A stretch of DNA of 64,000 nucleotides from Escherichia phage Eps7, in sequence record NC_010583.1; one strand, 5' to 3'. The notes beneath the pieces were generated by a model. That model was not told the origin of the DNA and did not search any database. It worked only from the letters and a program-made list of their open reading frames with translations. Position 1 is the first letter of the stretch; each line of letters starts with the position of its first letter. Of the stretch, positions 49,681 through 60,756 are shown piece by piece. Made by a program: the position numbers and the translations under genes.

Positions 49681-50049
49681 TTACTGAGCTCGAGATCTAG
49701 CATGCGGTTTAATGTTCGGAGTACGACCATTAGGTTTACTATGCTTCTCGGCTCTCTTACGAGCTGCATCTACAGCTTTCGAATCAAATATATTGATGAT
49801 GTGTAGAACAAACTCTTTTTCTATAGGATCAGTAACCCCATAGATATCAAATAAAACACCTAGTGCACTTTTATCTTTTCCTATAAAGATAGGAAAGTCA
49901 CCTGGTATGAAACAGTCAATAAGGCTGTTATAAATATTCATACTAGTAGATACAATAGGTGGAAAATCTTCGAGTTCAACAGGCATTGCCTTAGGATCAG
50001 GTTCAATACCTAGTGAATCACAAAGCATTAAATATTGTTGTTTTGTCAT
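49681..50049 (-). CDS. putative tail assembly chaperone
   Basis: 122-aa ORF directly upstream of the tape measure. Confidence 0.45.
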   Translation of the reverse strand: MTKQQYLMLCDSLGIEPDPKAMPVELEDFPPIVSTSMNIYNSLIDCFIPGDFPIFIGKDKSALGVLFDIYGVTDPIEKEFVLHIINIFDSKAVDAARKRAEKHSKPNGRTPNIKPHARSRAQ

Positions 50050-50110
50050 TTTAGACGCTGAGGATTTAATACATTTATCTGCAAAATCGGCAACAGCATC
50101 TAGTAACTGC

Positions 50111-50515
50111 TTACGCTTTTGAGCTACGAAAAGTGTCTAAGTGGAACACTGTCTGGTTGATCCAAGAATCAAACGCAGCAGAGTTCTGCATAAGCATGAT
50201 AGCGTTATCGCGACTAAATGGAACTTCAGTAGTAGGATCAGCTTCAGTTTCGATAAGCATCAGCTTCTCAACATCTCCAATCGTCAAGCCAGTCCAGCCA
50301 GCAATTGCAGTGTCAACGAAAGCTTCAATAAACTTATCATCGTCCTGAACTTGAATCATAGTACCGTTAACCCACTCATCACGCTTAGCGGAAGAGATAA
50401 CACGCTTAGATGCAGCACGAGACATGTAGTTTAGTTGCAGCTTGAAGTTAGGCATACCTGGGTAAGCCAGCTCAATAGTACGAGTTTCAAGGGTAATATC
50501 TTTTAAATTGATCAT
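50111..50515 (-). CDS. putative tail assembly chaperone
   Basis: 134-aa acidic ORF upstream of the tape measure. Confidence 0.45.
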   Translation of the reverse strand: MINLKDITLETRTIELAYPGMPNFKLQLNYMSRAASKRVISSAKRDEWVNGTMIQVQDDDKFIEAFVDTAIAGWTGLTIGDVEKLMLIETEADPTTEVPFSRDNAIMLMQNSAAFDSWINQTVFHLDTFRSSKA

Positions 50516-51410
50516 TTCTTTATTTCTCCAAAGAAGTCGATTCTTACCGGATCAGAGTCTGCAGTAGGGATTACATCCCATTCAACTCTGTATATATCCG
50601 AGAATTGTAGGCGTTTTGTTATACGTGCTGAAGGAAAATCAATCGAAATATGTTCATTTCGGATGGTTAATGGTATGTCAGTTTCGGGTTCAATATTATA
50701 AAACATATCACCAGCAAATCGCTTGGTGTAGTAAAATGCAATTGTTGCCGAAGCATTCATCTCATTAACATAAGCTCTCTTATTATTATATATTTTGTTT
50801 ATGTCAAATACGCTTTTATCTTCTCTCCAAGAACATTGTTGCTGGAATGACATAGAAGCGGATAAAAGAGCCGGTAAAACGTTACTGTTAGTAGATACTC
50901 TAGGAGGACTATATGACATAACTTCACCCTGAATAATAGAACCAGCAGGAGTAAAAGTAGACACCTCAGAGAACTTACCAGATTCAATTCCTACGTTTAG
51001 AATAGGAACGCTTTTATCTAGAGAAAAGTCTACAGTAGATACATAGCAATTCTCAAAATACACACAGTTATTATCTTTATTAACTATGTATATATTAAAC
51101 ATTATTGGCTCAATATTTGTACTATAAAGTGGTAGTAGGAATGTGTTACCCCCTCGGTCAAAGCCCATCCATTCAAAGAAGTTAGCTTCAGTAAGGGTAT
51201 TATAAAATTTATAGCCAGCGATATTGAAGATGGAGTTTGTGCATTAATAATAGAGTCAGCATAGTTGGTTCTACGATGTATAGTCCTACGAAGAGTTTTA
51301 AATTCCTCATAGGACGTATTTATATCATAGTTTGACAGGGCATCAAAATGATAAGCCCTGCCATCGTACTCAACTATAACTTTTGACTCTCGCATTAGAG
51401 AGTAGTACAT
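50512..51410 (-). CDS. tail protein (~300 aa), frameshifted
   Basis: 102-aa and 218-aa ORFs overlap out of frame at 51102-51168; the upstream reading frame of the 218-aa ORF encodes plausible protein back to about 51235. Confidence 0.45.
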
Positions 51411-51414
51411 TTAA

Positions 51415-52824
51415 TTAGCCACCAGAAGCAGTAACTGTAATGCTCTTAGTACCTTCTACACCAGAACCATCTTTAGCTACGGCTTTTACAGTAACTGCAC
51501 CAGTCTTAGAAGCATCAGCGGTCAGTAAACCAGAAGTTGCATCAATAGTAGCAGCAGTACCAGAGGAAATAGACCAAGTTACTTCCTTATTAGTAGCTTC
51601 AGCAGGCAAAACATCTACAGTCATCTGAAGAGTTGCGCTATTCTCAACGGAAGTTGCATCACCCGCAGATTTAACAGTAATACCTGTTACCTTAACAGGA
51701 GCTGCTTTACCACCATCACCAGTTGCAATCAGATTTGCAATAGTAGTTTTAGTATACTTATTAGAGAAACCAAGATAACCTTCATCACCAGTATCCAGAT
51801 CAGTAGGAATTGCTTTGAACTCTACAGAAGTACCAAGTACATCGTCAGTCTCAATAGTTGGGATGTTTACGTGAGCTTGCTTAGCAACCAGAACAGCAGC
51901 AGGGCGCTCATCATCATATTCACCACCAAGTACTAGAGCGATTTCGAAACGGTTAACTACTTTCAGGGTCTTAATTAGATCTTTGTACAGATCCATAGAA
52001 CCTAGAGCTTTATCGTTAAGATAAGCAGTTAGAGAACCAGTTAATTCGAATGCACCAGTAAATGAACCGATTGGGATGTTAACACGGGACATGACGTTCG
52101 GAGTCAGATAGGTGATGTTGTTGTTGATTGTAAAGCTACCACCAGTGATCGGAATGTCATACGCCTTACCAGTATCCATATCCTTAATTTTGAGGATAGT
52201 CAGTTTGTTCTTGATGTAAGAACCCTGGATAGTCATGTAAGTTTCATCATCAATACCTACAGTATCAGGATCAAATGGGGCAGCATCCAGAGGGATTAGC
52301 TGGTTACCATTACCTGACCAAGTTACACGACCGATATCTTCGATATCAACGTTTACTTCAGCCTGGTTGATCTGGCAGGAATCGATGTAGCTCCATGCTT
52401 TATCAGTAAGGATGTAAATATGTAGCATTGCCAGTTCGTGGTATGCGTTATCCTTAAAGTTAACCATGAAGTTAGTTTCGTTAGTGTGTGCACCTGTATC
52501 ACCATCTAGGTTAATAGGTTTACCGCTAGAAAGAGCATGCCACAGCATGTAGTCCGGAACGATCTGCTTACTAGTAGTCTTATCTAAGTAAGGCAGGATG
52601 TAAGTAGAGAAACTCCACTCAGCTGCGTTCAGGGAGTCGTTGAAACGTTTTGAACCACGAGTTGGACGCGGACCAGCTTCGTTAACAGTAATATCGGTTG
52701 AGTTACTGTCCTGACCCCAAGAAATATCATCTTGAACTAGAATCTCTTGCGTGTTGGTCTTATCGTGACCAGTCTTAACCGTAGACACGAAGATTCGAGT
52801 ATTACGTAATAGTTGTAAAGACAT
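51415..52824 (-). CDS. major tail tube protein (pb6-like) with C-terminal Ig-like domain
   Basis: 469 aa; C-terminal Ig-like region TVKAVAKDGSG..TKSITV. Confidence 0.85.
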   Translation of the reverse strand: MSLQLLRNTRIFVSTVKTGHDKTNTQEILVQDDISWGQDSNSTDITVNEAGPRPTRGSKRFNDSLNAAEWSFSTYILPYLDKTTSKQIVPDYMLWHALSSGKPINLDGDTGAHTNETNFMVNFKDNAYHELAMLHIYILTDKAWSYIDSCQINQAEVNVDIEDIGRVTWSGNGNQLIPLDAAPFDPDTVGIDDETYMTIQGSYIKNKLTILKIKDMDTGKAYDIPITGGSFTINNNITYLTPNVMSRVNIPIGSFTGAFELTGSLTAYLNDKALGSMDLYKDLIKTLKVVNRFEIALVLGGEYDDERPAAVLVAKQAHVNIPTIETDDVLGTSVEFKAIPTDLDTGDEGYLGFSNKYTKTTIANLIATGDGGKAAPVKVTGITVKSAGDATSVENSATLQMTVDVLPAEATNKEVTWSISSGTAATIDATSGLLTADASKTGAVTVKAVAKDGSGVEGTKSITVTASGG

Positions 52825-52850
52825 TTATTTATATTCTCCTAATCTGTAAC

Positions 52851-53337
52851 TTATCTGCGAAGTGCCCTACGAGGTGGCTGATACCTCACTGTTACATTTA
52901 TTTCCGCTAAACCATATGGGGCCAGTAGACCTTCATCTGTAGCTACTGAGGTAATGCTCATATCAGTTGCCTCACATGGGAAGGTCGATCCATTAGGTTT
53001 ACTAACAGTATATTCTAAATTTCCACCTGTGTCAATGACGGTTTTTTATGTCAGCTACGAGTTTTTCAAGTTGCTCTTGAATATCTGTTTTCTCTTTGTC
53101 ATACACGAAGATTGGAAGTTCTAAAAACATCCACTGTTGGCCTGAAGGAAGATACTGCCCAGTTTCAGTTCCGATATGGACTGCCACATAAGGAAATTCT
53201 CGGATTTCCTCAAATTTATAAGTTTGACGAGAAACGTTTCCATAAAGGTTATTGAAATACTCGTCAGGTTGTGAACCATCCATTTGTGTGGCGATTCGGT
53301 CAACCACTGCTTGTGCAATACTTGTTCTGTGATCCAT
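52851..53337 (-). CDS. neck/tail-terminator protein candidate, probably frameshifted
   Basis: 101-aa ORF continues 58 codons to the pb6 RBS if the T6 run (53042-53047) is read as T5. Confidence 0.4.
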
Positions 53338-53340
53338 TTA

Positions 53341-54108
53341 TTAGGTTCCTTGATTAACCTTGATTTTATATCTAGAGTGAATCAGGTCTCTTGCAGCTTT
53401 TGCGATTGCTTCCCCAATAAGTTTTTGAGGGTTTCGAGCGCCAGGGTAAGGTCGTAGAGAAAGTCTTCGATATGTAGAAACTGCGGGGTTGAACACAGAA
53501 TAAGGACGAACCATATAATTATACGTCACATTCAGCTCTGAAGCACCTTTACTAGTTTCTGCATCACGTAGCATAACGTCTTTAATCTTTAAGGAGTTAG
53601 CAAAGCGACCAGTTCTGAACTTCAATGGTGCTCCTGCTTTTTTCATATCCTTGATTAAGTATTCCTTAGCTACTATCTCAAGAATAGCACGCATGTTACT
53701 ATTCGATACGAAACGACCGGAAGCACCTGTTACTGCACCAGAATAGCCATCTTCAGTATCTCTAGGATCTCCAAAGTTTACCTGAACTCTACCGGTAGAA
53801 CGTTTTTTACCAACAGCAGAACGTTTACCTGCGGTTGCTTGAATTAGATTCTCTAGAGCACCTAAATCACCAGAAAGATCTAAGTTAGAAGAGACGGCCT
53901 TCAATATAGATGCTGTCCTAACATTTAATAAGTCTTGAGATACTGGTTTTGAGAATTTGAAAGATACCTGTGCAACTGTACCATCTCTTGTAGGATCTTT
54001 CAAACCTGTCTCAACTGTATACACAACAGTATTCTTATTATTCTCAGATCGTCCTGCAGTATCTAGCTGCTCTTTAATAATTTGTCTAGCTAGATCAGAA
54101 AGAGCCAT
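53341..54108 (-). CDS. structural protein (255 aa), neck or tail completion candidate
   Basis: position between head and tail genes. Confidence 0.45.
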   Translation of the reverse strand: MALSDLARQIIKEQLDTAGRSENNKNTVVYTVETGLKDPTRDGTVAQVSFKFSKPVSQDLLNVRTASILKAVSSNLDLSGDLGALENLIQATAGKRSAVGKKRSTGRVQVNFGDPRDTEDGYSGAVTGASGRFVSNSNMRAILEIVAKEYLIKDMKKAGAPLKFRTGRFANSLKIKDVMLRDAETSKGASELNVTYNYMVRPYSVFNPAVSTYRRLSLRPYPGARNPQKLIGEAIAKAARDLIHSRYKIKVNQGT

Positions 54109-54620
54109 TATACTCTCCTATAGACTTCGATGATTGTACGAATATGCTCTGGAATACCAGACTTAGTATTGTTAAACGTAACTGTCTCACCACCAATAGT
54201 CTTGGCTTGACGATAATCTTGCTTATGCCAGTGATCTACTAACAGACATGCCGCCAGTTTAAGATCTTCAGGCATTGGATTGAAACCACCTTGAGTATAC
54301 TCTACATCCATGTATCCTTCAGGAGGATTAAACTTAAGGAGAATAACACCATCAGGATACAGTTTAAACTGTTCCGGGTCTATTTCATTCTCGTTAATAG
54401 TCATCTTTGTAATAGATGTGGCTGAGGGAGAACTCAGGAAATATTTCCTACGGCTAGGTTTAGTAGTGATTAATTGATCTACCGCATCCGCGTCGTCCAT
54501 ACCTAAAAGGCTAGTAATCAGCGTATTGGCAGATTTAATCATCATATCTACTTGAGTTTCAATTTCAGGACGTTTTGCGTTAGCATATAGTCTGTAATCT
54601 TCAACAGTGATGATTTGCAT
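54108..54620 (-). CDS. head completion / head-tail connector candidate (170 aa)
   Basis: immediately downstream of the capsid gene. Confidence 0.45.
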   Translation of the reverse strand: MQIITVEDYRLYANAKRPEIETQVDMMIKSANTLITSLLGMDDADAVDQLITTKPSRRKYFLSSPSATSITKMTINENEIDPEQFKLYPDGVILLKFNPPEGYMDVEYTQGGFNPMPEDLKLAACLLVDHWHKQDYRQAKTIGGETVTFNNTKSGIPEHIRTIIEVYRRV

Positions 54621-54632
54621 TTATTTTTCCCA

Positions 54633-54660
54633 ATAAAAAAGGAGAGCCGAAGCTCTCCTT
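54633..54660 (-). terminator. rho-independent terminator after the capsid gene (UUCG tetraloop)
   Basis: AAGGAGAGC-UUCG-GCUCUCCUU followed by U6. Confidence 0.7.
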
Positions 54661-54679
54661 ATCGGCTGAAAAGCCTGTA

Positions 54680-56056
54680 TTAAGCGGCAGCGTAAGCACC
54701 AGATACAACGCCGTTCTCGAAGTAACGTTGCAGGTTAACACGCTGAGTAACGTAGTATGCGTCACGCTGTTTGCCAGCTTGGCGCTCACGTTCAACAGTA
54801 ACAGCACGCTGACGCGGCATTACGAAGTTATCTTTATAAACAATAACTGCGAATTCTGCAGAAGCAGCTTTAGCTGGGAAATACTCAGAAACTACAACCG
54901 GCAGACCGTAAATACGACCAACCTGACCTTGCAGTTTAACAGCATCGTTACCAACCTGGGCAACATCCTGCCATTCTTCATCTTCCAGCAGATCGTAGTA
55001 AGCATCCATAGATACGATCAGTACCAGTTTGCTCAGTTTCAGACCATGACGGCCCAGTTTACGACGCAGCTTGGAGATAGTCTTAGCAGTTACCAGAACA
55101 GAACCGTCAGCTTTAGCTTCGGTAACAACCTTAGCACCATCATCAGCAGCCAGTTTCAGCAGACCCTTAGGCTGACCAGTACCATTACCAGACATGAAAG
55201 CTTCTTCGATAGAAACAGCGTGTGCTTCGATCAGACGCTTACGCAGCAGAGGCAGCAGGGAGAAGATTGCATCTTCTTCAGTTTCATCAGTGATGAAGGA
55301 TTTAGCAGCCAGCTTGTAAGTTTTGAAGCTGATTTCAGTCAGTTGACCTTTAACTTCGTCACCAACAGTTTCGTCAGTACCGAATTTGGAAGCATCTACC
55401 CAAGTAGCGCGACCAGCTTCTGGTTCAACGAGCATAGTAAGGATTTTGCTGGACATTGGCAGTTCATCGAACAGTGCACCAACTACCAGTTCCTTCTGCA
55501 GGTCACGAATAATACGGGTAGAGAAGATAGTTTCGTATGCTTCGCTAGACATGGAAACGGAAGAAGAACCGTTAACAGCTTTAATGTGAGCCTTACCATG
55601 TTCAGTTTCGAATACGTCTTTCTCCATCATATAAGACAGAAGAACCAGTTTCTCAACTTCATCTTCGAAAGCATCCTGAGTGCCATAAAGAGCTTTAGCT
55701 ACGCTATCACCAACGAAGGAACGACCTTCACGAGCTGCCAACAGAGACTTGATTTCGTCCTGAAGACCAACGATGGTTTCCTGTTGCTTTTCTACAGTCT
55801 GTGCAAACAGTTCTGCGCTCTTCTTAGACTTCTCATCCAGGTTCTTAACCAGATCCAGAGCTTCTTCCAGACGCTTACGGTCTTCACCAACAGCTTTAGA
55901 TACTAGGTCGTTCATACGAGCCAGTTCTTTTTCTTCCTGCTCTTCACGCAGACGCTTAGCTTCCGCAGCTTTCTGAGCAGCGGTCAGACCTTCCAGAGAT
56001 TTAGCCAGATCACCCAGACCAAGTTCTTCCTTCAGCTTATTAATATCAATAGTCAT
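54680..56056 (-). CDS. major capsid protein precursor (pb8-like, HK97 fold, with N-terminal scaffold/delta domain)
   Basis: 458 aa; coiled-coil N-terminal ~160 aa then capsid core; optimal codon usage. Confidence 0.9.
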   Translation of the reverse strand: MTIDINKLKEELGLGDLAKSLEGLTAAQKAAEAKRLREEQEEKELARMNDLVSKAVGEDRKRLEEALDLVKNLDEKSKKSAELFAQTVEKQQETIVGLQDEIKSLLAAREGRSFVGDSVAKALYGTQDAFEDEVEKLVLLSYMMEKDVFETEHGKAHIKAVNGSSSVSMSSEAYETIFSTRIIRDLQKELVVGALFDELPMSSKILTMLVEPEAGRATWVDASKFGTDETVGDEVKGQLTEISFKTYKLAAKSFITDETEEDAIFSLLPLLRKRLIEAHAVSIEEAFMSGNGTGQPKGLLKLAADDGAKVVTEAKADGSVLVTAKTISKLRRKLGRHGLKLSKLVLIVSMDAYYDLLEDEEWQDVAQVGNDAVKLQGQVGRIYGLPVVVSEYFPAKAASAEFAVIVYKDNFVMPRQRAVTVERERQAGKQRDAYYVTQRVNLQRYFENGVVSGAYAAA

Positions 56057-56073
56057 TTTTAAATAATTCTCCG

Positions 56074-56706
56074 TTATTCTTTAACGTAGCCTAAAGCTAT
56101 CGCAAGTTTTTCTAGTTCAGAAAGATTACGTTCTTGAGCTGGGACAGCCTTAGAACTTGTTGCAGTAAAAGATTTGCGCCATTCAGTGTAATCGTGGCCA
56201 TTCATACTCTTAGCGAGGTTGAACGTTGAGTCCTGATTACAGGGTACAGAAACTACCGAAACTTCGTATAGTTCTAAATCTTTAATAATAAATATGTCAG
56301 TAGCTTCATCCCATTCTGCGTCTAGGCAGCGGAATCCGATACTGAAGGTTTTCAGTACACCGTTTTTAATTAGTGAGAAGATAGCTGGATCAGAACTTTC
56401 ATAAATCTCGCATTCAATTTCGAGACCCATTTCAGTAGGGTTAAGATCAATACACTTGCCGATTGGACGACGATGGTCGTGGCCGAAAAGAATAATCGGG
56501 TTTTTCATGTAGTTAGCAAGTGCATTAGACGTTTTCCATGCCGAAGCAGGAATTACGTCACCAGCGCGATCTTTACTAATTGTATTAGCGAATCCACGGA
56601 TTTTTACAACACCCTCTTTGGATTCGCTATCAATAGACTTAATGTAAGCGTCTAAATGAACCGGTGCTGATTTTAACTTGTTATAGTCAATAGCAGCATT
56701 TGTCAT
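56074..56706 (-). CDS. prohead protease (HK97-type serine protease)
   Basis: GHDH and SIGF motifs; 210 aa. Confidence 0.8.
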   Translation of the reverse strand: MTNAAIDYNKLKSAPVHLDAYIKSIDSESKEGVVKIRGFANTISKDRAGDVIPASAWKTSNALANYMKNPIILFGHDHRRPIGKCIDLNPTEMGLEIECEIYESSDPAIFSLIKNGVLKTFSIGFRCLDAEWDEATDIFIIKDLELYEVSVVSVPCNQDSTFNLAKSMNGHDYTEWRKSFTATSSKAVPAQERNLSELEKLAIALGYVKE

Positions 56707-56709
56707 TTA

Positions 56710-57192
56710 TTAAGCCTCCGGCGCAGGGTTGATAGTTGTTACGCACTCGTTAGAAGTAATAGAAGTAGATTTACTATCCGTTACAACAACTTTGTAAGTA
56801 CCAGCATCTTCTGCAGCAGCTGTAGCTTTGTTGAAATTAGGACCAGTAACACCACTAAGTGGAGAACCGTCTTTAGTCCAAGCATAAGTATATGGTGCAG
56901 TACCACCAGTAACTGTTACGCCCAGATTAATTGCTGCACCAGTATCAACAGCTAGAGTTTTAGCCAGATTCTTCGTGAAAGCTAGAGCCGGAACAACCGG
57001 AGCAGTAACTTCGTATACTTCTTTGAACTTATTCCAAACCTTGCGGTTGGTATGTGCAGTGGTCATTCCAAACTCTTTACGTAGAGTAGCGTAGTTTGGA
57101 ACGAACTTGTGTGCTGCAACCGTAGCAAAGAAGATATGAGATTCTGGCAGCTTTTCACCAAAAATGGCCTTTAGACCATCATAATCAATCAT
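56710..57192 (-). CDS. capsid decoration protein candidate with C-terminal Ig-like domain (pb10-like)
   Basis: 160 aa; C-terminal Ig-like region GTYKVVVTDS. Confidence 0.55.
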   Translation of the reverse strand: MIDYDGLKAIFGEKLPESHIFFATVAAHKFVPNYATLRKEFGMTTAHTNRKVWNKFKEVYEVTAPVVPALAFTKNLAKTLAVDTGAAINLGVTVTGGTAPYTYAWTKDGSPLSGVTGPNFNKATAAAEDAGTYKVVVTDSKSTSITSNECVTTINPAPEA

Positions 57193-58406
57193 TCTTTATC
57201 CCCATCGGCAGTGCCTTGCGGTCTACCACCTTCTTGACCAGATACACCTGTTGCAGAACCAGCAACGTTAGCAGGAATACGAATCTTATTCATCTGCTCA
57301 TCATCTAAAGGTTCAAGGTTAAGCTCTTCACGAGCTTCGTTACCAGTCATGATACCGTTATTAACCAAAGAGGTTAAATGTTTAGCCTCAGCTTCTTTAT
57401 CTGGCGTCAGTGCAGCTACTTCCTTAGTATTAGGAGTAACCTTGTAGCCAAAGAAGAAAGTAAGAGAACTAGTCAGCTTGTTCAGCATAGGAATGATAGT
57501 CATGTAATAGAACAATTCGATGTTTGGTCGAATGTTAGCGTTATTACCACCATCAAGTAGCACTTGCGGAACACCAAAGGCAAGACAGATGGATTTATTA
57601 AATCCTTCGATATCTTCCTTGAAGTCTAGATCTTTAAAAGAGGATATTTGGGAGTACGGTTTTGCTTTCATACCACCATCTAGAATCAGGACAGTAGACT
57701 GACCCGTACTAGGATTATAATCGAGTTGTAATTCTTCTTGTTTACGCTCACGCAATTTCTTGTTCAGGATTTCATCCGTCTCAAGAATAAGACCAATCAC
57801 AGTGCCGTTATCGAGGAATTTCTCTTTAAAGTTAAGCATTTTAGAACGCTTCTCAAGAGAGTCAATAACTGTAGCAACACGAGATTGTCCAGAAATTTGG
57901 GAGTTTGTGCCACACACGTAACTGTTATCCTTTATAAAGATAATCTCATCTACGCGATAGTCTATCTGGTTATTAAATATGAATTTTTTGATAAACTTAT
58001 TGGCATCTGCCTCTACTTGCATTAGTGCAGCAGGGACATGGTAAAGTGCTGTGCCATCCCAATAGATGTATGCACAACCCTCAAAAAGTAGGTCAGTGAC
58101 TACAAGTCTACGGAATGTGCTTATATCCATGAATGGATTAGGTCGTACATTTAAGAGAGTGTCTAGAGTCTTTGCCTTGACGCCATTAGCGTACGTGACA
58201 ATATTATATTTATCTCCGACAGTATAAGAACACTCAGCCGCACTATCAATAACCATGTTAGCAGTTCGGTTGAGAATCTCAATCTTACTGTAGGCTTGTC
58301 CAGTGGTAAATGGCTTACGGTTAGTACGATGACTAACTGGTTCCATGTCTCTTATAATACGTTGACCCGGATTTAGCTTTTCAGTAATCCAGCTTTTTAA
58401 ACCCAT
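57189..58406 (-). CDS. portal protein
   Basis: 405 aa, between terminase and protease; acidic/Gly-rich C-terminus. Confidence 0.8.
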   Translation of the reverse strand: MGLKSWITEKLNPGQRIIRDMEPVSHRTNRKPFTTGQAYSKIEILNRTANMVIDSAAECSYTVGDKYNIVTYANGVKAKTLDTLLNVRPNPFMDISTFRRLVVTDLLFEGCAYIYWDGTALYHVPAALMQVEADANKFIKKFIFNNQIDYRVDEIIFIKDNSYVCGTNSQISGQSRVATVIDSLEKRSKMLNFKEKFLDNGTVIGLILETDEILNKKLRERKQEELQLDYNPSTGQSTVLILDGGMKAKPYSQISSFKDLDFKEDIEGFNKSICLAFGVPQVLLDGGNNANIRPNIELFYYMTIIPMLNKLTSSLTFFFGYKVTPNTKEVAALTPDKEAEAKHLTSLVNNGIMTGNEAREELNLEPLDDEQMNKIRIPANVAGSATGVSGQEGGRPQGTADGDKE

Positions 58407-58946
58407 TATAAGAACCTTGCGAATCCTGATTTAGTTTCAGTCTTGACTTGTGTCTTTTCTTGAGGATTCTGTAGCTTTTCCTTTTGTTTAAGAACCCATG
58501 CCTTCTGCTTATTAGCAGAGAAAAGGGGAGGTTCTTTAGTGTACACCTTATGTAATAGTTGGTGATGGTGGACACAAAGGGTAACAGTGTCATCTACTAG
58601 CTCATGCCTATATCTTTCATAGAATGCCGTCCTATTTGAGAGGACTGTTTCTTCGTCAGTGAAATCCAACTGGAGTTCTTTAGCAAATTTTTTAACTAGT
58701 AGAGACACTGTATGGTAATGATGAAGCTCTAATTCTTCACCACAACCACAGATTTCGCAGCGATCGGCTTTTTTTATATTGACTTTTTATACCGTCTCGC
58801 ATGAGTGATATAGCATCACGTTTATATTTTACATTTCCTGCCACAGTATTCTCCTCAACTGTATGAATATAGTATACATAATCATGTCGAATTTGTAAAG
58901 GGATTTTAAAATGCAGGAATGGGATACCAACTGAGTAGTATCCCAT
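58406..58946 (-). CDS. HNH endonuclease, frameshifted
   Basis: CEICGCGEELELHHYH ... LCVHHHQLLH motifs restored if the T7 run (58769-58775) is read as T6. Confidence 0.65.
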
Positions 58947-58957
58947 CCTATACTTAT

Positions 58958-60274
58958 TTATTTCCCACGGGAAATTGAGTAAATTCCATAACGCAGTGCG
59001 TCACAAAGGTGAGAGTTCGCATCATGACGTGGTTTTTCACGTGATAATTTCTCTTCGCCTTCCTGGAAGTCCCACTTGTAGTTCGCTAGGGCGTGGATCA
59101 ATGAGGTACATGAAGCATCTACGATGATCTTGCCTTGCTGGAACAGTGCTTGTAGACATGCCAAACCATCTAGGACAGATTTCTTAGCAGGTGCAGAAGC
59201 GATTTCATGTTCATATGCTAAGTCTTGACGGAACTGAGCAGCAGCGGAGTCTACAAATATACGATCAACATTATAACGATCTATGCAGTGTTGGATATAA
59301 GTAGCGTGTTGAGCTGTAGTCTTTTCAGCTTGCTGATATTCTTCCAGTACGTAATAAACATCAGTATCATAGTGATACTTGATAGTAAGAACTGCTGTAG
59401 GGTCACGATAACCAACGTCGATACCAAGTAGTGTTTCGAAAGCCTCATCATCTTTAAAGAAGTGGCGCATACCTTTGAGGTCTTTAACATGTTCGATAGC
59501 ATTGAAGGTGTCAAAGATCTGACCTTCGAATACAGAGAAGTCAGCCTCATATTCTTGACGGAAGTAGTTTTTACTAACAGTACGACGCGCTTCTTCGATA
59601 TCGTTCAGATCAGCACGTGGGTTATCACGATATGTACCATGAATAGATACCCAGTTAGGTAGAGTTTCGTTAAATCCTTTCTCATAGAACTCTTTAAACC
59701 AGTTACCACCACGAGGTGTGGAAATAAACAGAGCTTTAGAGTTTGGCTTATCTAGAGTAGGACGTAACTGAATATCGAAAGCTGCACCACCAACGTCGGA
59801 AATCGCTGCTTCGTCAAAAATGATGAAGTCATATGAACGACCAACCGCGGAGTCAGCCTGCGCCGCAGAAGCCAGCTTAAAGAGAGAACCATTCGCTAGT
59901 TCAATCTCTTTATCTTTTGCGTTCTCACGTTCAGTCTGTAATCCATACTTCTTAATAAGACCACGAATCTGTGACCAACCTATGTTAGCCAGTGAGTAGT
60001 TAGGTGCAACTACCAGCACCTTCACATTGGGTTCCAGAAGTTTTAGGAACCCAAGTGTATATGCGATGAATGACTTACCTACACGACGTGATACACATGC
60101 AGTCACGAAGCGGTGTCTTGGGTCTTCCAGCGCATTAATGATTGCAATCTGAGGGGCATTAGGTGTAATTCCCTCTTGAGCTAGAATGCTAGAGACTGGC
60201 AGACGGAAGAATCGTTTGTCAATACCAAAGTCAATAACATCTGTGGTGTTAATATAGTCTCTAGAGACTTTCAT
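58958..60274 (-). CDS. terminase large subunit
   Basis: Walker A-like RRVGKSF, Walker B FIIFDEAA, C-terminal nuclease domain; 438 aa. Confidence 0.9.
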   Translation of the reverse strand: MKVSRDYINTTDVIDFGIDKRFFRLPVSSILAQEGITPNAPQIAIINALEDPRHRFVTACVSRRVGKSFIAYTLGFLKLLEPNVKVLVVAPNYSLANIGWSQIRGLIKKYGLQTERENAKDKEIELANGSLFKLASAAQADSAVGRSYDFIIFDEAAISDVGGAAFDIQLRPTLDKPNSKALFISTPRGGNWFKEFYEKGFNETLPNWVSIHGTYRDNPRADLNDIEEARRTVSKNYFRQEYEADFSVFEGQIFDTFNAIEHVKDLKGMRHFFKDDEAFETLLGIDVGYRDPTAVLTIKYHYDTDVYYVLEEYQQAEKTTAQHATYIQHCIDRYNVDRIFVDSAAAQFRQDLAYEHEIASAPAKKSVLDGLACLQALFQQGKIIVDASCTSLIHALANYKWDFQEGEEKLSREKPRHDANSHLCDALRYGIYSISRGK

Positions 60275-60756
60275 TATCTCTTACCTCCTCCTGCTAGAGC
60301 GGTAATAAGATTCATATAGTTTTCGTCACCACTTCCAGCAATAATATTATTCTGAATATTAGTCTGGTTAGCCGGAGTACGGGCTGCTGCCTTCACTTTC
60401 TCCAGTTCTACCATCATTTTCATTTCTTCCATCTTCATCTTGTGCGCCTTCCAGAGAATATCCATGATATCCTGGTCAGAACCCATGCCAGTTTCTTCGA
60501 GTTCTTCCAACTTGCGCTTGATAACTTCATCAAGAACTCCGAATAAGCGGTCACGATTACGGAAGCCGCTTTCCATAAAGATATCGTTAAGATAGTTTTT
60601 AACTTCCCCACGATTCATTATATCACGGAATGCAATCTCGGACATCCCAAGACTACGAGCAGCGGCAGGAACATCACTACCGCACTGTAAATAGGCTTCA
60701 ATAACATCCATGCCTTCGGGAGACATGAGATCGGGAACTAATACATCATTTGCCAT
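60274..60756 (-). CDS. terminase small subunit candidate (HTH)
   Basis: 160 aa immediately upstream of TerL; HTH-like [14 protein letters not shown]. Confidence 0.55.
   Translation of the reverse strand: MANDVLVPDLMSPEGMDVIEAYLQCGSDVPAAARSLGMSEIAFRDIMNRGEVKNYLNDIFMESGFRNRDRLFGVLDEVIKRKLEELEETGMGSDQDIMDILWKAHKMKMEEMKMMVELEKVKAAARTPANQTNIQNNIIAGSGDENYMNLITALAGGGKR

Noticed and set aside
49681-50515. Programmed -1 frameshift joining the two tail chaperone ORFs (G/GT-like)
   Set aside because: The two ORFs are 61 nt apart with in-frame stops in every frame between them and no slippery heptamer; they look like independent genes.
54728-55906. 392-aa plus-strand ORF antisense to the major capsid gene
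   Set aside because: The translation is low-complexity (Ser/Phe/Asn/Thr-rich) and lies wholly inside a highly expressed capsid gene with clear motifs on the other strand; it is an artefact of codon bias.
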